From Victivallales bacterium (GTDB lineage Bacteria; Verrucomicrobiota; Lentisphaeria; Victivallales; GWF2-50-93): a stretch of DNA of 64,000 nt. The notes under the pieces were generated by a model. That model made no database searches and was not told the origin of the DNA. It worked only from the letters and a program-made list of their open reading frames with translations. The stretch covers positions 273-64,272 of the forward strand of contig JBAQUG010000312.1 of NCBI GenBank assembly GCA_049297395.1. Reading direction: 5' to 3'. Made by a program: the position numbers and the translations under genes. This document shows, piece by piece, positions 18,375 through 26,719 of this stretch (positions are counted from its first letter, which is position 1; the number at the start of each line of letters is the position of its first letter).

Positions 18375-19268
18375 TCAGTATATATCCCACCAGATTTTAG
18401 GGTTGTTTGCATTTGCCCACCCCACGCCAGGATAGAAACCAATATCCTTGGCTCTGACAGGTTCCGCATGTCCATCCACACATGAGATATTGGCGGTTTT
18501 GCCATGCCTTTGAATAATGCGAGAGCCATAAGTGTTGGGCTGTGCACCACCATTGATTGAGAGATCATAATATCCTGGCTCAGGGAGATCAATATGGCCA
18601 TACGATTCTATAAACTCGTCGGGATCTGTCGAAAGGGGATTTGCAATTACTGCGCAGTCCGCGAAAATAAAGGTCTCGGAAGGTTTCCTTATATTCTTAA
18701 CGCTGGCAGTACCATTGTAGCCGTTAAACCAATTTATCCCAATCCCGTAGTTGCCCCCTGATTTTGTGCCCGGACACCCCAGTTCAGGATAATAGTTCCC
18801 CCATCCGCTAGTCTGCTTCTTGTTGATATAAGGCGCTATCGTACAGGTCCAGAAGTTCCCGTAGTCGGAATCATATCTCTTGACAAGGTAGTCGTTATAG
18901 TCTATCGAATAGTTGATATCCGCAAGCATAAGCTGTTTCTCATTGTTGAGGCACTCCGTCTTTTTCGCCATATCCTTTGCGCTTTTCAACGCGGGCAGCA
19001 GCATTGCCGCAAGTATGGAGATGATGGCGATTACGACCAGCAATTCAATCAGGGTGAAGGCATTGACGAGTACCGAGTGCTGGATGCCGATTGCCGAGTG
19101 ACGAGTGTTGATTTTAAAACCAGCAGGGAAGGGATGGAGGACAGCCTGCGGTAGGACGGCTGGGAAGATGGAGGATGGCAGAGGGCAGACCGACGACTGA
19201 CGACTGCATTCAGATTGCCGATTTCGCAGAAGTCCGGAGTCTCCAAGGCTGTATTTTTTGCTTTCCAT
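18375..19268 (-). CDS. pseudopilin-like protein: prepilin-type N-terminal methylation-domain helix plus C-terminal H-X9-DG motif, with a long leader
   Basis: [28 protein letters not shown] matches the TIGR02532-type head. [14 protein letters not shown] is H-X9-DG (TIGR04294-type). ATG 19268 has AGAGGTG 4 nt upstream. The leader before FTLIELL is 77 aa. Confidence 0.9.
   Translation of the reverse strand: MESKKYSLGDSGLLRNRQSECSRQSSVCPLPSSIFPAVLPQAVLHPFPAGFKINTRHSAIGIQHSVLVNAFTLIELLVVIAIISILAAMLLPALKSAKDMAKKTECLNNEKQLMLADINYSIDYNDYLVKRYDSDYGNFWTCTIAPYINKKQTSGWGNYYPELGCPGTKSGGNYGIGINWFNGYNGTASVKNIRKPSETFIFADCAVIANPLSTDPDEFIESYGHIDLPEPGYYDLSINGGAQPNTYGSRIIQRHGKTANISCVDGHAEPVRAKDIGFYPGVGWANANNPKIWWDIY
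19059..19107 (-). repeat. seven imperfect heptads (coding-strand consensus CACTCGG) inside the pseudopilin leader
   Basis: Minus strand reads CACTCGT CACTCGG CAATCGG CATCCAG CACTCGG TACTCGT CAATGCC. This encodes ..[16 protein letters not shown] immediately before FTLIELL. Confidence 0.85.
19188..19208 (-). repeat. second leader heptad tract (coding-strand GTCGTCR), two units plus a degenerate third
   Basis: Plus strand reads GACCGAC GACTGAC GACTGCA. The paralogous tract at 53943-53984 has five units plus a degenerate one. Confidence 0.85.
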
Positions 19269-19297
19269 GAAACACCTCTTTGGTTTAAACTCAAATT

Positions 19298-19338
19298 GTA
19301 AATATTCACTGAACTATGTTAGTTCAGTGAATATTTAC
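19298..19338. promoter_or_regulatory. perfect 19-bp inverted repeat with a 3-nt loop, spanning the regulator stop codon; terminator, attenuator or protein-binding site
   Basis: GTAAATATTCACTGAACTA tgt TAGTTCAGTGAATATTTAC; I checked the arms base by base. The right arm encodes the last five codons and the stop of 19324..20460. The pseudopilin ATG lies 29 nt beyond the left arm. The stem is AT-rich and has no clean U-run. Confidence 0.6.
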
Positions 19339-20460
19339 GACCGAACTTCTCTCCACTAGGCGGGGCTTAACTCCTATCCTTGTCACGCCGCTTAGATCTT
19401 TCCCCCCTATTTTCCCTGCAATTGTCTCTGCAACAACTCTTCCTATCTCTGAAAAAGGCCTTTCAATGCTGGTGAGATTATATTTCCCCGCAGTAGGGTG
19501 ATTGTCATATCCGACAATTGAAACATCTTGTGGAACCTTTAGTCCGATTTCCTCCAGAGCCTTGATCGCCCCCAGCGCCGCCATGTCATTGACGGCAAAG
19601 ATCGCAGTGAACTTTTCTTTTTTCATGGTCTCTTTGACAGACATATAGCCTAAATCAAAGAAATCTTCGTATTTCAATACATGCACACCGTCCTTGACTT
19701 CCAATCTCCTCCCGTAAATCAAACCTTCCCTGACTGGAATGTTATTTTCAACCAGAGCCGACTTGTATCCCTTCCGCCTGTTCTCAAGATAGTCGCCGGA
19801 AAAATTCATATGCAATATCGACCTGTGCCCGTTTCTTATCAGATGGGATGTGGCAAGGTAGGCTCCATGGGAATCATCTTCATAGACATTGTTGACCTCA
19901 AACGGAACGAGCCTTTCGGAGACGACAAACAGCTTTCCGGAACGGATAAGGAGCTCGACATGCTCCTTCAGCAGTCGCGTTGTAGACGTGTAAATCGGCT
20001 CAAACACTATCGCGCTGCTCGTGCCGGATATGGCATCTTCAATGACCTTCCGCTCAACCGAGATGTCTCCGTGCGTGTTGCTGAAAACCAGCTTGTATCC
20101 CGCGCTTTTCTTGATACCCTTCTCTATTTCAGCCATGACAGCCATGGCGCCCCATGTCCCGTCCGTGCCACCCGTAAAATCCACATGTGTCACAAATTCA
20201 ATTGTCTCATCCCGCCGGTCAGGCGGATTCAGGAAACCGGCCTTGCTTCCGACAAACGTTCCTTTGCCGTTGACAGAGACCACCGTGCCTTCGCTGGACA
20301 ACAGGGCTATGGCGCGTCTTACGGTGACAAGGCTCACCTCGCAGATGCTTACCAATTCCTTTTCGGAACAGAGACGATCCCCCGCCTTGAGTCCTTTTGA
20401 TCCTATCAGCCTGAGAATCTCTTTTTTTACAGCTTCGGTTTTCAGTATTCTGCTTAGCAT
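19324..20460 (-). CDS. GntR-type wHTH / LacI-type sugar-binding hybrid transcriptional regulator (AraR-like architecture), copy R1
   Basis: The N-terminal segment KAGDRLCSEKELVSICEVSLVTVRRAIALLSSEGTVVSVNGKGTFV is a GntR-type wHTH. The C-terminal segment FTAIFAVNDMAALGAIKALEEIGLKVPQDVSIVGYDN is a LacI/PBP1 signature. AAGGGGAG lies upstream of ATG 20460. Confidence 0.9.
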   Translation of the reverse strand: MLSRILKTEAVKKEILRLIGSKGLKAGDRLCSEKELVSICEVSLVTVRRAIALLSSEGTVVSVNGKGTFVGSKAGFLNPPDRRDETIEFVTHVDFTGGTDGTWGAMAVMAEIEKGIKKSAGYKLVFSNTHGDISVERKVIEDAISGTSSAIVFEPIYTSTTRLLKEHVELLIRSGKLFVVSERLVPFEVNNVYEDDSHGAYLATSHLIRNGHRSILHMNFSGDYLENRRKGYKSALVENNIPVREGLIYGRRLEVKDGVHVLKYEDFFDLGYMSVKETMKKEKFTAIFAVNDMAALGAIKALEEIGLKVPQDVSIVGYDNHPTAGKYNLTSIERPFSEIGRVVAETIAGKIGGKDLSGVTRIGVKPRLVERSSVVNIH

Positions 20461-20492
20461 CTTCTCCCCTTGGCTTTGTTATGCTATTTTAC

Positions 20493-20520
20493 ATTATAAC
20501 ATAGCACAATAATATGTCAA
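20493..20520 (-). promoter_or_regulatory. near-consensus sigma70-type promoter of R1
   Basis: Minus strand: TTGACA (20520-20515), a 16-nt spacer ending in TGT (extended -10), then TATAAT (20498-20493), about 30 nt upstream of ATG 20460. A TGTTAT / ATAACA inverted repeat (minus-strand ATGTTAT..13 nt..ATAACA, 20482-20506) overlaps the -10 box. Confidence 0.65.
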
Positions 20521-20770
20521 GGCATAGTTTATATTTTTTCAGGAAAATAATGAAATTATTTATTTGGAAAAATAGCCTGGATAATCTCCCGCTCCTGCCA
20601 GTCAAGCTGGCAGGGGACGGGAATATCCAGAAAAACCACGGTAGTACGGTACCGCTAACATTGCGTATATCCTGCATTTGTGCCAGCAATAGCATTAATA
20701 TTGCTTGATTTGCTGCCAAAAAGGCTTGTAAACAAAGGTGCGCTTGCAGAACTTTTCACGGGACTTGAAA

Positions 20771-20890
20771 TCCCACAGGATGACGGATTAATGGATTTTT
20801 TGGGTTGAATTCATCCAGGATGTTTTTGCTCTTATGTCTTTTATACCCAACCATCCAATCATCCATTCATCCATCCATGGGACGGCGGTG
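20771..20890 (+). repeat. copy (a) of a repeat element bounded by inverted repeats (short form)
   Basis: TCCCACAGGATGACGGATTAATGGAT...CTTATGTCTTTTATAC...ATCCATTCATCCATCCATGGGACGGCGGTG is homologous, in inverted orientation, to 41211..41427. The first 26 nt match at 23/26, and further blocks match. Internal arms GGATTAATGGAT / ATCCATTCATCC are complementary at 11/12. Confidence 0.7.
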
Positions 20891-20897
20891 TTTGTCT

Positions 20898-23150
20898 TCA
20901 GTATTCCGCCTGGGCTGTAAATACTCCGTTGCCGATCGTGGCGGCATAAAACCGGCCTTTCACATAATGGTCCCACTCGATATTGCTGTACATGGTTGTG
21001 GCATGCTTGTCCAGGGCGATGGGACGCCATGAATTGCCGGAGTCCGCGCTGACCAGGATGCCGGGCCGGCTCGGACTGAACCAGTTGGATATGAAACCCG
21101 CAAGCATGATGCCTTCCGTGTTGACGCAAAGAGTTTTCGCGCTGCGGTATGGGCCGGTGTCGATATGGCGCCAACGTGCATCTTCGAGTTTCCAGAGCCC
21201 CTTGTCGTAGAGCCCCGCCCAGAGACGTCCAGTCTGCGGATCAAGCAGTATGGTGCCGACACCGTGGCAGGCGTTGAGCGGGAGATTGAAGGTGATGTCC
21301 TCCCAGCTTTCCCCGCGATCAGCGGTTCGGAATATCCCGCCGAGCCGGCCAGCCGTGTAATAGATCCCCTCGTGGTCAGGATCGGCGATGAGCGAGCGTT
21401 CCATGTTGGCGTCGCACTGCGAGTAAAAATCCCAGCCGCGTACGAAATCACATGCGCGTCGAGTCCATGAGACGCCTTCGTCTTCGCTGACATAAAATCC
21501 GCCGCCGTCATCAAAGGAACAGCCAAGCGCGGCGCAGAGCGTGCCGGGACGGAACGGATCGATGACGATGTCCTTGATCCAGCGCGGACGGACAGGCATG
21601 CCACGGCAGGGCAGAGGTTTCCATGTCGCCCCTCCATCATCCGAGCGGATTATCACGGCGGTTCCACCTCCGCCATGCTGGGCCTGGTTCTGCGCGGCGT
21701 AGATGATTTCCGGGCGGTCCAGCCGCTGGGCGAACGACGAGCAAGCCGCCGAGTACTGTGTCAATTCCTCGGGTTTGACATCGGACGGACAGTAGACGCC
21801 GGCGTTCTTGAAGCCCAGGACCCGGTGAAGTTTCGTGACTCCGTCATCGCTCATCTGTACGCCGCCGTCTGTCTGAGCCACGGCGATCCTGCTCGCTTTT
21901 TTCGTGTTGCGGAGCGGATAGACCCGTTTGATGCAGGTGTTGACCAGCCCCTTTTGACATACTTTCCAATGTGTCCCGCCGTCATCGCTGCGCCAGACTC
22001 CGTGGAAATCGGTGAGATACACGCGGTCGGCCTGGTGCGGATCGAAGACGATTGAGGCGGTTGCCGCCATGAACTCCTCCCAGCCGACATCCATTCCGCA
22101 GGTGTCGACCGTTTCGCGGGAAGGGGAGCGCGTTTTCCATGAGTTCCCTCCATCATCGCTGATTCCGAGCACGTTGAGGGTCGAGGTGAGCAGGCGTCCG
22201 GGATTCCGGGGATCCATGGCAATGCTGTTCCATCCATAATAGTAACCCCAGTGATCCGTCTCCTTAGTTTTATCTGGTAATCCTGATGAAGACTCCTCCC
22301 AGGTCGTCCCGAAGTCGCGGCTCCGCCAGATGCCGTCGCGTTCGCATGCGGCGTAAATCGTCTCTCCCGCGGCCGCCAGCATCCTGACCGAGCGGTTCTT
22401 AAGTCCTGAGTTGACAATCCGTCCTGAGTTTGGATCCAGAAGATGTATCCCTCCTTCACTTCTCAGACCCCAATAAGTCTGTGCGTTCCGGCAGGCCGCC
22501 GCCAGCAGGAATCCGGATGGTCCCTCAAGCAGGCGGAGATCGTTGATCGCCTTGCCGCGGAGCGCCAGATAGCGGACGGTGACGCCGAAATCGTCGGAGA
22601 TGAAGACACCATCGCAGGTTGTTCCGATATAAACTCGGCCTTTGATTTCAGGATCGCACACGATCATCTGCCCGTGGACACGGCTGTCACCCGTACCGTC
22701 AATGACAAGATCGTGGGGCAGGGGCTTCCATGTCTCGCAGGCGTCGGTGGACAGGAAAAGCTCGCCGAAACGCGCGCCATCACCCGGTTTATCGCGGCGG
22801 AACACGCATCCGGTTGACGCCAGAAACATCCTGTCATCGAACGGATTCTGCGCAAGGGCGGAAAGCCCGTAGCGCCCGTCGTAGATATGCCAGTAGTAGC
22901 CCCATTTCCCCGGAAAGACCCCTGAAGGACTTTGATCCTCCATGGAAGGCGCCAGACCATTGTTGACCAATGCCCACGTCTCTCCGGCATCGAGGGATTT
23001 GCAGAGTCCGCCTACGTCGGAGCGGGCGTAGATGACATCCTGCCGCGTCCGATCACAGACGGTTTCGATTATGTATCCGTACATGTCCGGGCCGATGTTG
23101 CGCCAGGAGCATGGCAGTGCACCGGCCTCTTCTTTTACACATGATTTCAT
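20898..23150 (-). CDS. BNR/Asp-box beta-propeller protein, GH74-like (xyloglucanase-type) architecture
   Basis: 750 aa with nine S-x-D-x-G-x-(T/S)-W boxes: SLDAGETW, STDACETW, SRDFGTTW, SDDGGNSW, SDDGGTHW, SDDGGATW, SEDEGVSW, TADRGESW, SADSGNSW. The N-terminal WRNIG...YARSDVGG resembles GH74. No signal peptide. An ATGA overlap with the upstream gene lies at 23147-23150. Confidence 0.6.
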   Translation of the reverse strand: MKSCVKEEAGALPCSWRNIGPDMYGYIIETVCDRTRQDVIYARSDVGGLCKSLDAGETWALVNNGLAPSMEDQSPSGVFPGKWGYYWHIYDGRYGLSALAQNPFDDRMFLASTGCVFRRDKPGDGARFGELFLSTDACETWKPLPHDLVIDGTGDSRVHGQMIVCDPEIKGRVYIGTTCDGVFISDDFGVTVRYLALRGKAINDLRLLEGPSGFLLAAACRNAQTYWGLRSEGGIHLLDPNSGRIVNSGLKNRSVRMLAAAGETIYAACERDGIWRSRDFGTTWEESSSGLPDKTKETDHWGYYYGWNSIAMDPRNPGRLLTSTLNVLGISDDGGNSWKTRSPSRETVDTCGMDVGWEEFMAATASIVFDPHQADRVYLTDFHGVWRSDDGGTHWKVCQKGLVNTCIKRVYPLRNTKKASRIAVAQTDGGVQMSDDGVTKLHRVLGFKNAGVYCPSDVKPEELTQYSAACSSFAQRLDRPEIIYAAQNQAQHGGGGTAVIIRSDDGGATWKPLPCRGMPVRPRWIKDIVIDPFRPGTLCAALGCSFDDGGGFYVSEDEGVSWTRRACDFVRGWDFYSQCDANMERSLIADPDHEGIYYTAGRLGGIFRTADRGESWEDITFNLPLNACHGVGTILLDPQTGRLWAGLYDKGLWKLEDARWRHIDTGPYRSAKTLCVNTEGIMLAGFISNWFSPSRPGILVSADSGNSWRPIALDKHATTMYSNIEWDHYVKGRFYAATIGNGVFTAQAEY

Positions 23151-26100
23151 TTTTTCACCTGTTTTACTGTTTTCGGAACATGGGGAATCTCCATCATGAC
23201 GCTGCTTCCCGCAGGCACTGTTACCGCCTGTGAAAACGGCGGAGCCAGCACAAATTCCGCGGACAGGCGGACAGCCGCCTTGATTTCCCGGTCTGTCGAG
23301 TTGTGCGCCTCAATGGAAAACCCTCCCCGCCCATCAGGCAGCAAGGTCAGGATAAGATCGGTCTGGTCGCACGTCACCACGTTGCCGATCCAGACATCCC
23401 GATCCTGATTGAGCTCCAGAGCTGCATAAGCAGAATAAACGGCGGGGCCGGCCAGCTGCCCGGGAGTCAGCTTCAGGTCGTCCAGGACGCCAAGGGGCAG
23501 CCACCATTTCTCCTTCCGTTCCACAATACCCGAAGTCCAGTTGGGGTTCACACCGTGTATCCGGATCGGCAGGCGCGCAGGCAGGGCCGCCTTGCCGATC
23601 ACACCGCCAAAACCTCCGTCCCGGGCTTCGAGTTCCAGCACATAGCGGGTATTGAGAACCTTGCCAGTCCGGGGTGTAACGGAGTAGGCGGGTTTGCCGC
23701 CGTGGAGTCCAAACGCCCTGCGGAACGATTCGATCTCCCGTGTGTCGGGAGGAGTATTGATCGATCCGGTGAGCACCAGCAGGCGGAACGGAATGACATC
23801 GCCTTTCCGGTAATGTCCGCCGATCCGGCCGTACCCGCACCAGACCCGGAACAGGTTTTCAGAATGCAGCTCCTGGGCGACCAGCAACGGCTCGTCAAGG
23901 GGAAACAATGCACATGAGTCGTGCGAGGCCGCATAGGCGATGTATCCATTGGGCGGGAACGTCCTGACGAATGACGCGGGCTTTTCCTTCGGCGGCGCCG
24001 ATCCGGAAAGGAATTCACCGCCTGCGGGATCGATGAAGGACCAGTTGCACGTGTCATTCGAACGTCCGCTCAAGTTGTAGATGATGTGGCTGAAAGCATT
24101 CCAGTACCATCCATTCTTTTCCCATGTCCCGTCTTTGAGCATGGCGTAATAGCCTTCCATCAGCATGGTGGCCGGAGCATCGGGTGTTTTCTTGAACTCG
24201 ATGAAGCGGGCGTATGAATGATAGTCGTCGCGCTGGCGCATCGGCCAGAAACCGGTTTCATGCATGGGCCTGTCGGCCATGACACGCTCATTCATTTGTG
24301 CCTGGCATATGACGTCGCGGCTGCCAAGCGGATATTCCATGCGATAGACGGAAGCCATCGTGGTTCCCGGAGGTTGCGGAGACAGAATAGGAGCCCGGAA
24401 CTGAATGTCTTCGGCGCTGCCTCCCTGTGCATAGCCTCCCGGCGCCCCATCCCAATAAGGGGGGACACGGCTGACCGTCTGCGGGTTTCCCGGGAACGCC
24501 GCCGGGCTGCCGGCCACCTTCCATTGGTTGCCTGCGGCGGCCGACGCGACAGGATAACCTTGGCTATCCAGATCCCACGATTGGCTGAAGCTGTTCTGCC
24601 GGTCGCTGCACATGAATCTATAATTGGACTGGTCCTGGGCCCTGATCTCCGATGTCACGGCAATCCGACCGCCCTGGTCCCTCACTACGGCGACAAAACG
24701 GTGCTCGCAATCATGGAGGGCATGGATGAAGAAATCGCAAGTTCTACCATCAAGGCGATACCGGCGGAAAACTTTTGTCCCGTCATAAATTACCGCTTCC
24801 GCCAACGGCTGATCGGATTCCGCCTGCAGGCGCAGCATCAGGCGCTCGGTCCCGGGAATGCTCCGTCCAAAAGTACGCGGAGATAGATTGCACCCCCGCC
24901 AGCTCCTGATCAGCGGACCATTGGAAATCTGGGCGGGCCCGGTGTTGTCCGGGCTTTTCAGTGTCCGTCGCAACTCATCCTGATCGCCGCAGAACCGCAG
25001 GTTGAGGTACCGCCCCGCCGCCGCAGCCACCTGATCCGGCGATGTGATGAGATCCACCGCCACAGGCTGCGGGATGTCCCCCACCTGCGTCTGGTAAAGG
25101 AACGGTTCCAGATCAATGTCCGTCCTGCCGTCCCTGGTAGTCGTCACCGCCATGCTGTTGTAGGCGCGGCTGACCCACGACGGCGACGGCTGATTGCGCA
25201 GATCGAAGGGACCCAGCGTATTGACGCCCGCAGCAAAGTGCTCATACAGATAGTTGTTGATGCGTTTGCCGTCCTTGGTCAGGAAGTCGCGCTGGGGAGG
25301 CGAACTAAAGTCGCTGACGCGGAAATACCAGTCGCCAGCCTCACCCCGCCTTACCGCCTGTCCTGGAAGCACCAGCAGATCCGGACCGCTGGCTTTTCGG
25401 CACTCCTCACGGAACCGATCCCACTGTTCCCCGGACACGGAACTGATATCCTCCATCCATTCCATGAAACCTATGAAGTCGAGTTTGGCGGCCCGTGCGG
25501 CCGCCGCATATTCCGCAACGGTTCCCTTTCCGCCGGTAAGCTGGGTCCGCGCACCGATCACTCCACGGTACCAGCGGAGCTTCGGAGACGGATCGCCGAT
25601 CATCCGGGACCGCCAGTACTCAGTGCTTTCCTGCGCATTATCCGTACCTGCCGTCCATAGGATCGGATCAGGCAGTTTCGCCTTCTCGCGGGCCGGCTCG
25701 TTCCGATATCCGCCGTATTGCCCGCCTCCCTTGTCCGCCGCAGCCATTGACGGCGCGGCCAGCCATGCGAGGGTCTGTTCAAGCAGCCGCATGCCATCGG
25801 ATGTCCGTCCGTCCCCGCCGCGCGTGAAATGGATGTCCTCCACCATGTAATGTCCGAATTGAAAGAGCCCCTGCATTGGGCTCCATCCGAAAACGGCGGC
25901 CCGCCCCTGTTCAATCTGGCGCACGGCGGCCAGCGGAGGCGCCTTGGCGTAGGAACCCGGCTGTTTCTCATCCGGCCGCTCGTAATGCTGGTTCATGATG
26001 ATCGGGAAGCTCCGTGCCTGTTCCGTACCGCGTATGAGCACCTGCCATTCCGAACCGGGTTTCAATGGGTTGTCAGCGGCTCCGTACACGGTGCGCTCAG

Positions 26101-26716
26101 GATAGAATATCGTGCGGACATCCCGGGTGACGGGGTGATCGGAAATGTTGTCAGTGTAGAAATAATCGAGCTCCATCCCGTTTTTCTGATGGAAGCGATG
26201 GGCCGGATCGAGAACCTGCTCGTTCAAAATCCCGATGCCCCAGCGCGCGAGAAAGGGATTGACCCCCTTTTTGTTGGAGGGCCAGTCTCCCCCGTAAGCC
26301 AGCAGTCCGCCGCCGCCCTCGACGAAATCCCAGAGGAGCCTGCGGACTTTTTCCTCGTAATCCGGTTTGATTTCAAGGTGATTGTTCCCCGCCGCGTCCG
26401 GATTGATGTTCGGGTATTCCGAAAGGATGATCACATTGAACCGGCGCAGGAAAGCGGCGTCGAACGGATGGCCCCATTGAAGGTACAAGGTCTGCCAGCC
26501 CTTGCTCCGGAGATGTTCCGCGATGGGGAGCGGCCGCTGGCCGCTGAAGATCGCGACGGCCGGCGGAGCCGCCTCGTTGGCGCGATCAGCCAGGGCGGAC
26601 ACCGCAAACAGCAGCGCCGCAAGCAGTCCTAAGCCCAGCCCGGCAGATCGTTTGGCAAAGTGGAATCCAGTCGTGCCGCATTGACAGCCTAAATAATTTG
26701 ATGCCGGTTTTTCCAT
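23147..26716 (-). CDS. giant secreted protein, family C paralogue 2 (ThuA/GATase1-like N-domain plus degenerate PHP-like segment; function unknown)
   Basis: 1189 aa. AAGGAG lies 8 nt upstream of ATG 26716. The hydrophobic leader is GLGLGLLAALLFAVSALA. It is paralogous to 26720..30247, for example GVIGARTQLTGGKGTVAEYAAAARAAKLDFIGFMEW vs GVVGARTEASDGKGTVADYAAAARNAGLSFIVFLED. Confidence 0.75.
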   Translation of the reverse strand: MEKPASNYLGCQCGTTGFHFAKRSAGLGLGLLAALLFAVSALADRANEAAPPAVAIFSGQRPLPIAEHLRSKGWQTLYLQWGHPFDAAFLRRFNVIILSEYPNINPDAAGNNHLEIKPDYEEKVRRLLWDFVEGGGGLLAYGGDWPSNKKGVNPFLARWGIGILNEQVLDPAHRFHQKNGMELDYFYTDNISDHPVTRDVRTIFYPERTVYGAADNPLKPGSEWQVLIRGTEQARSFPIIMNQHYERPDEKQPGSYAKAPPLAAVRQIEQGRAAVFGWSPMQGLFQFGHYMVEDIHFTRGGDGRTSDGMRLLEQTLAWLAAPSMAAADKGGGQYGGYRNEPAREKAKLPDPILWTAGTDNAQESTEYWRSRMIGDPSPKLRWYRGVIGARTQLTGGKGTVAEYAAAARAAKLDFIGFMEWMEDISSVSGEQWDRFREECRKASGPDLLVLPGQAVRRGEAGDWYFRVSDFSSPPQRDFLTKDGKRINNYLYEHFAAGVNTLGPFDLRNQPSPSWVSRAYNSMAVTTTRDGRTDIDLEPFLYQTQVGDIPQPVAVDLITSPDQVAAAAGRYLNLRFCGDQDELRRTLKSPDNTGPAQISNGPLIRSWRGCNLSPRTFGRSIPGTERLMLRLQAESDQPLAEAVIYDGTKVFRRYRLDGRTCDFFIHALHDCEHRFVAVVRDQGGRIAVTSEIRAQDQSNYRFMCSDRQNSFSQSWDLDSQGYPVASAAAGNQWKVAGSPAAFPGNPQTVSRVPPYWDGAPGGYAQGGSAEDIQFRAPILSPQPPGTTMASVYRMEYPLGSRDVICQAQMNERVMADRPMHETGFWPMRQRDDYHSYARFIEFKKTPDAPATMLMEGYYAMLKDGTWEKNGWYWNAFSHIIYNLSGRSNDTCNWSFIDPAGGEFLSGSAPPKEKPASFVRTFPPNGYIAYAASHDSCALFPLDEPLLVAQELHSENLFRVWCGYGRIGGHYRKGDVIPFRLLVLTGSINTPPDTREIESFRRAFGLHGGKPAYSVTPRTGKVLNTRYVLELEARDGGFGGVIGKAALPARLPIRIHGVNPNWTSGIVERKEKWWLPLGVLDDLKLTPGQLAGPAVYSAYAALELNQDRDVWIGNVVTCDQTDLILTLLPDGRGGFSIEAHNSTDREIKAAVRLSAEFVLAPPFSQAVTVPAGSSVMMEIPHVPKTVKQVKK

Positions 26717-26719
26717 TGT

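Noticed and set aside
20594-20614. Stem-loop CCTGCCAG-tcaag-CTGGCAGG (and AGCAATA..TATTGCT at about 20677-20697) as terminators of the BNR operon
   Set aside because: Neither is followed by a U-run on the minus-strand transcript. They are plausible RNA structures, but I cannot support a terminator call from sequence alone.
20805-21032. 75-aa plus-strand ORF containing MGRRCL, similar to the A2 start MGRQWK
   Set aside because: The similarity arises because this DNA is the inverted copy of the repeat element. Beyond about 20890 the ORF runs antisense through the BNR gene 3' end. I treat it as a relic, not a gene.
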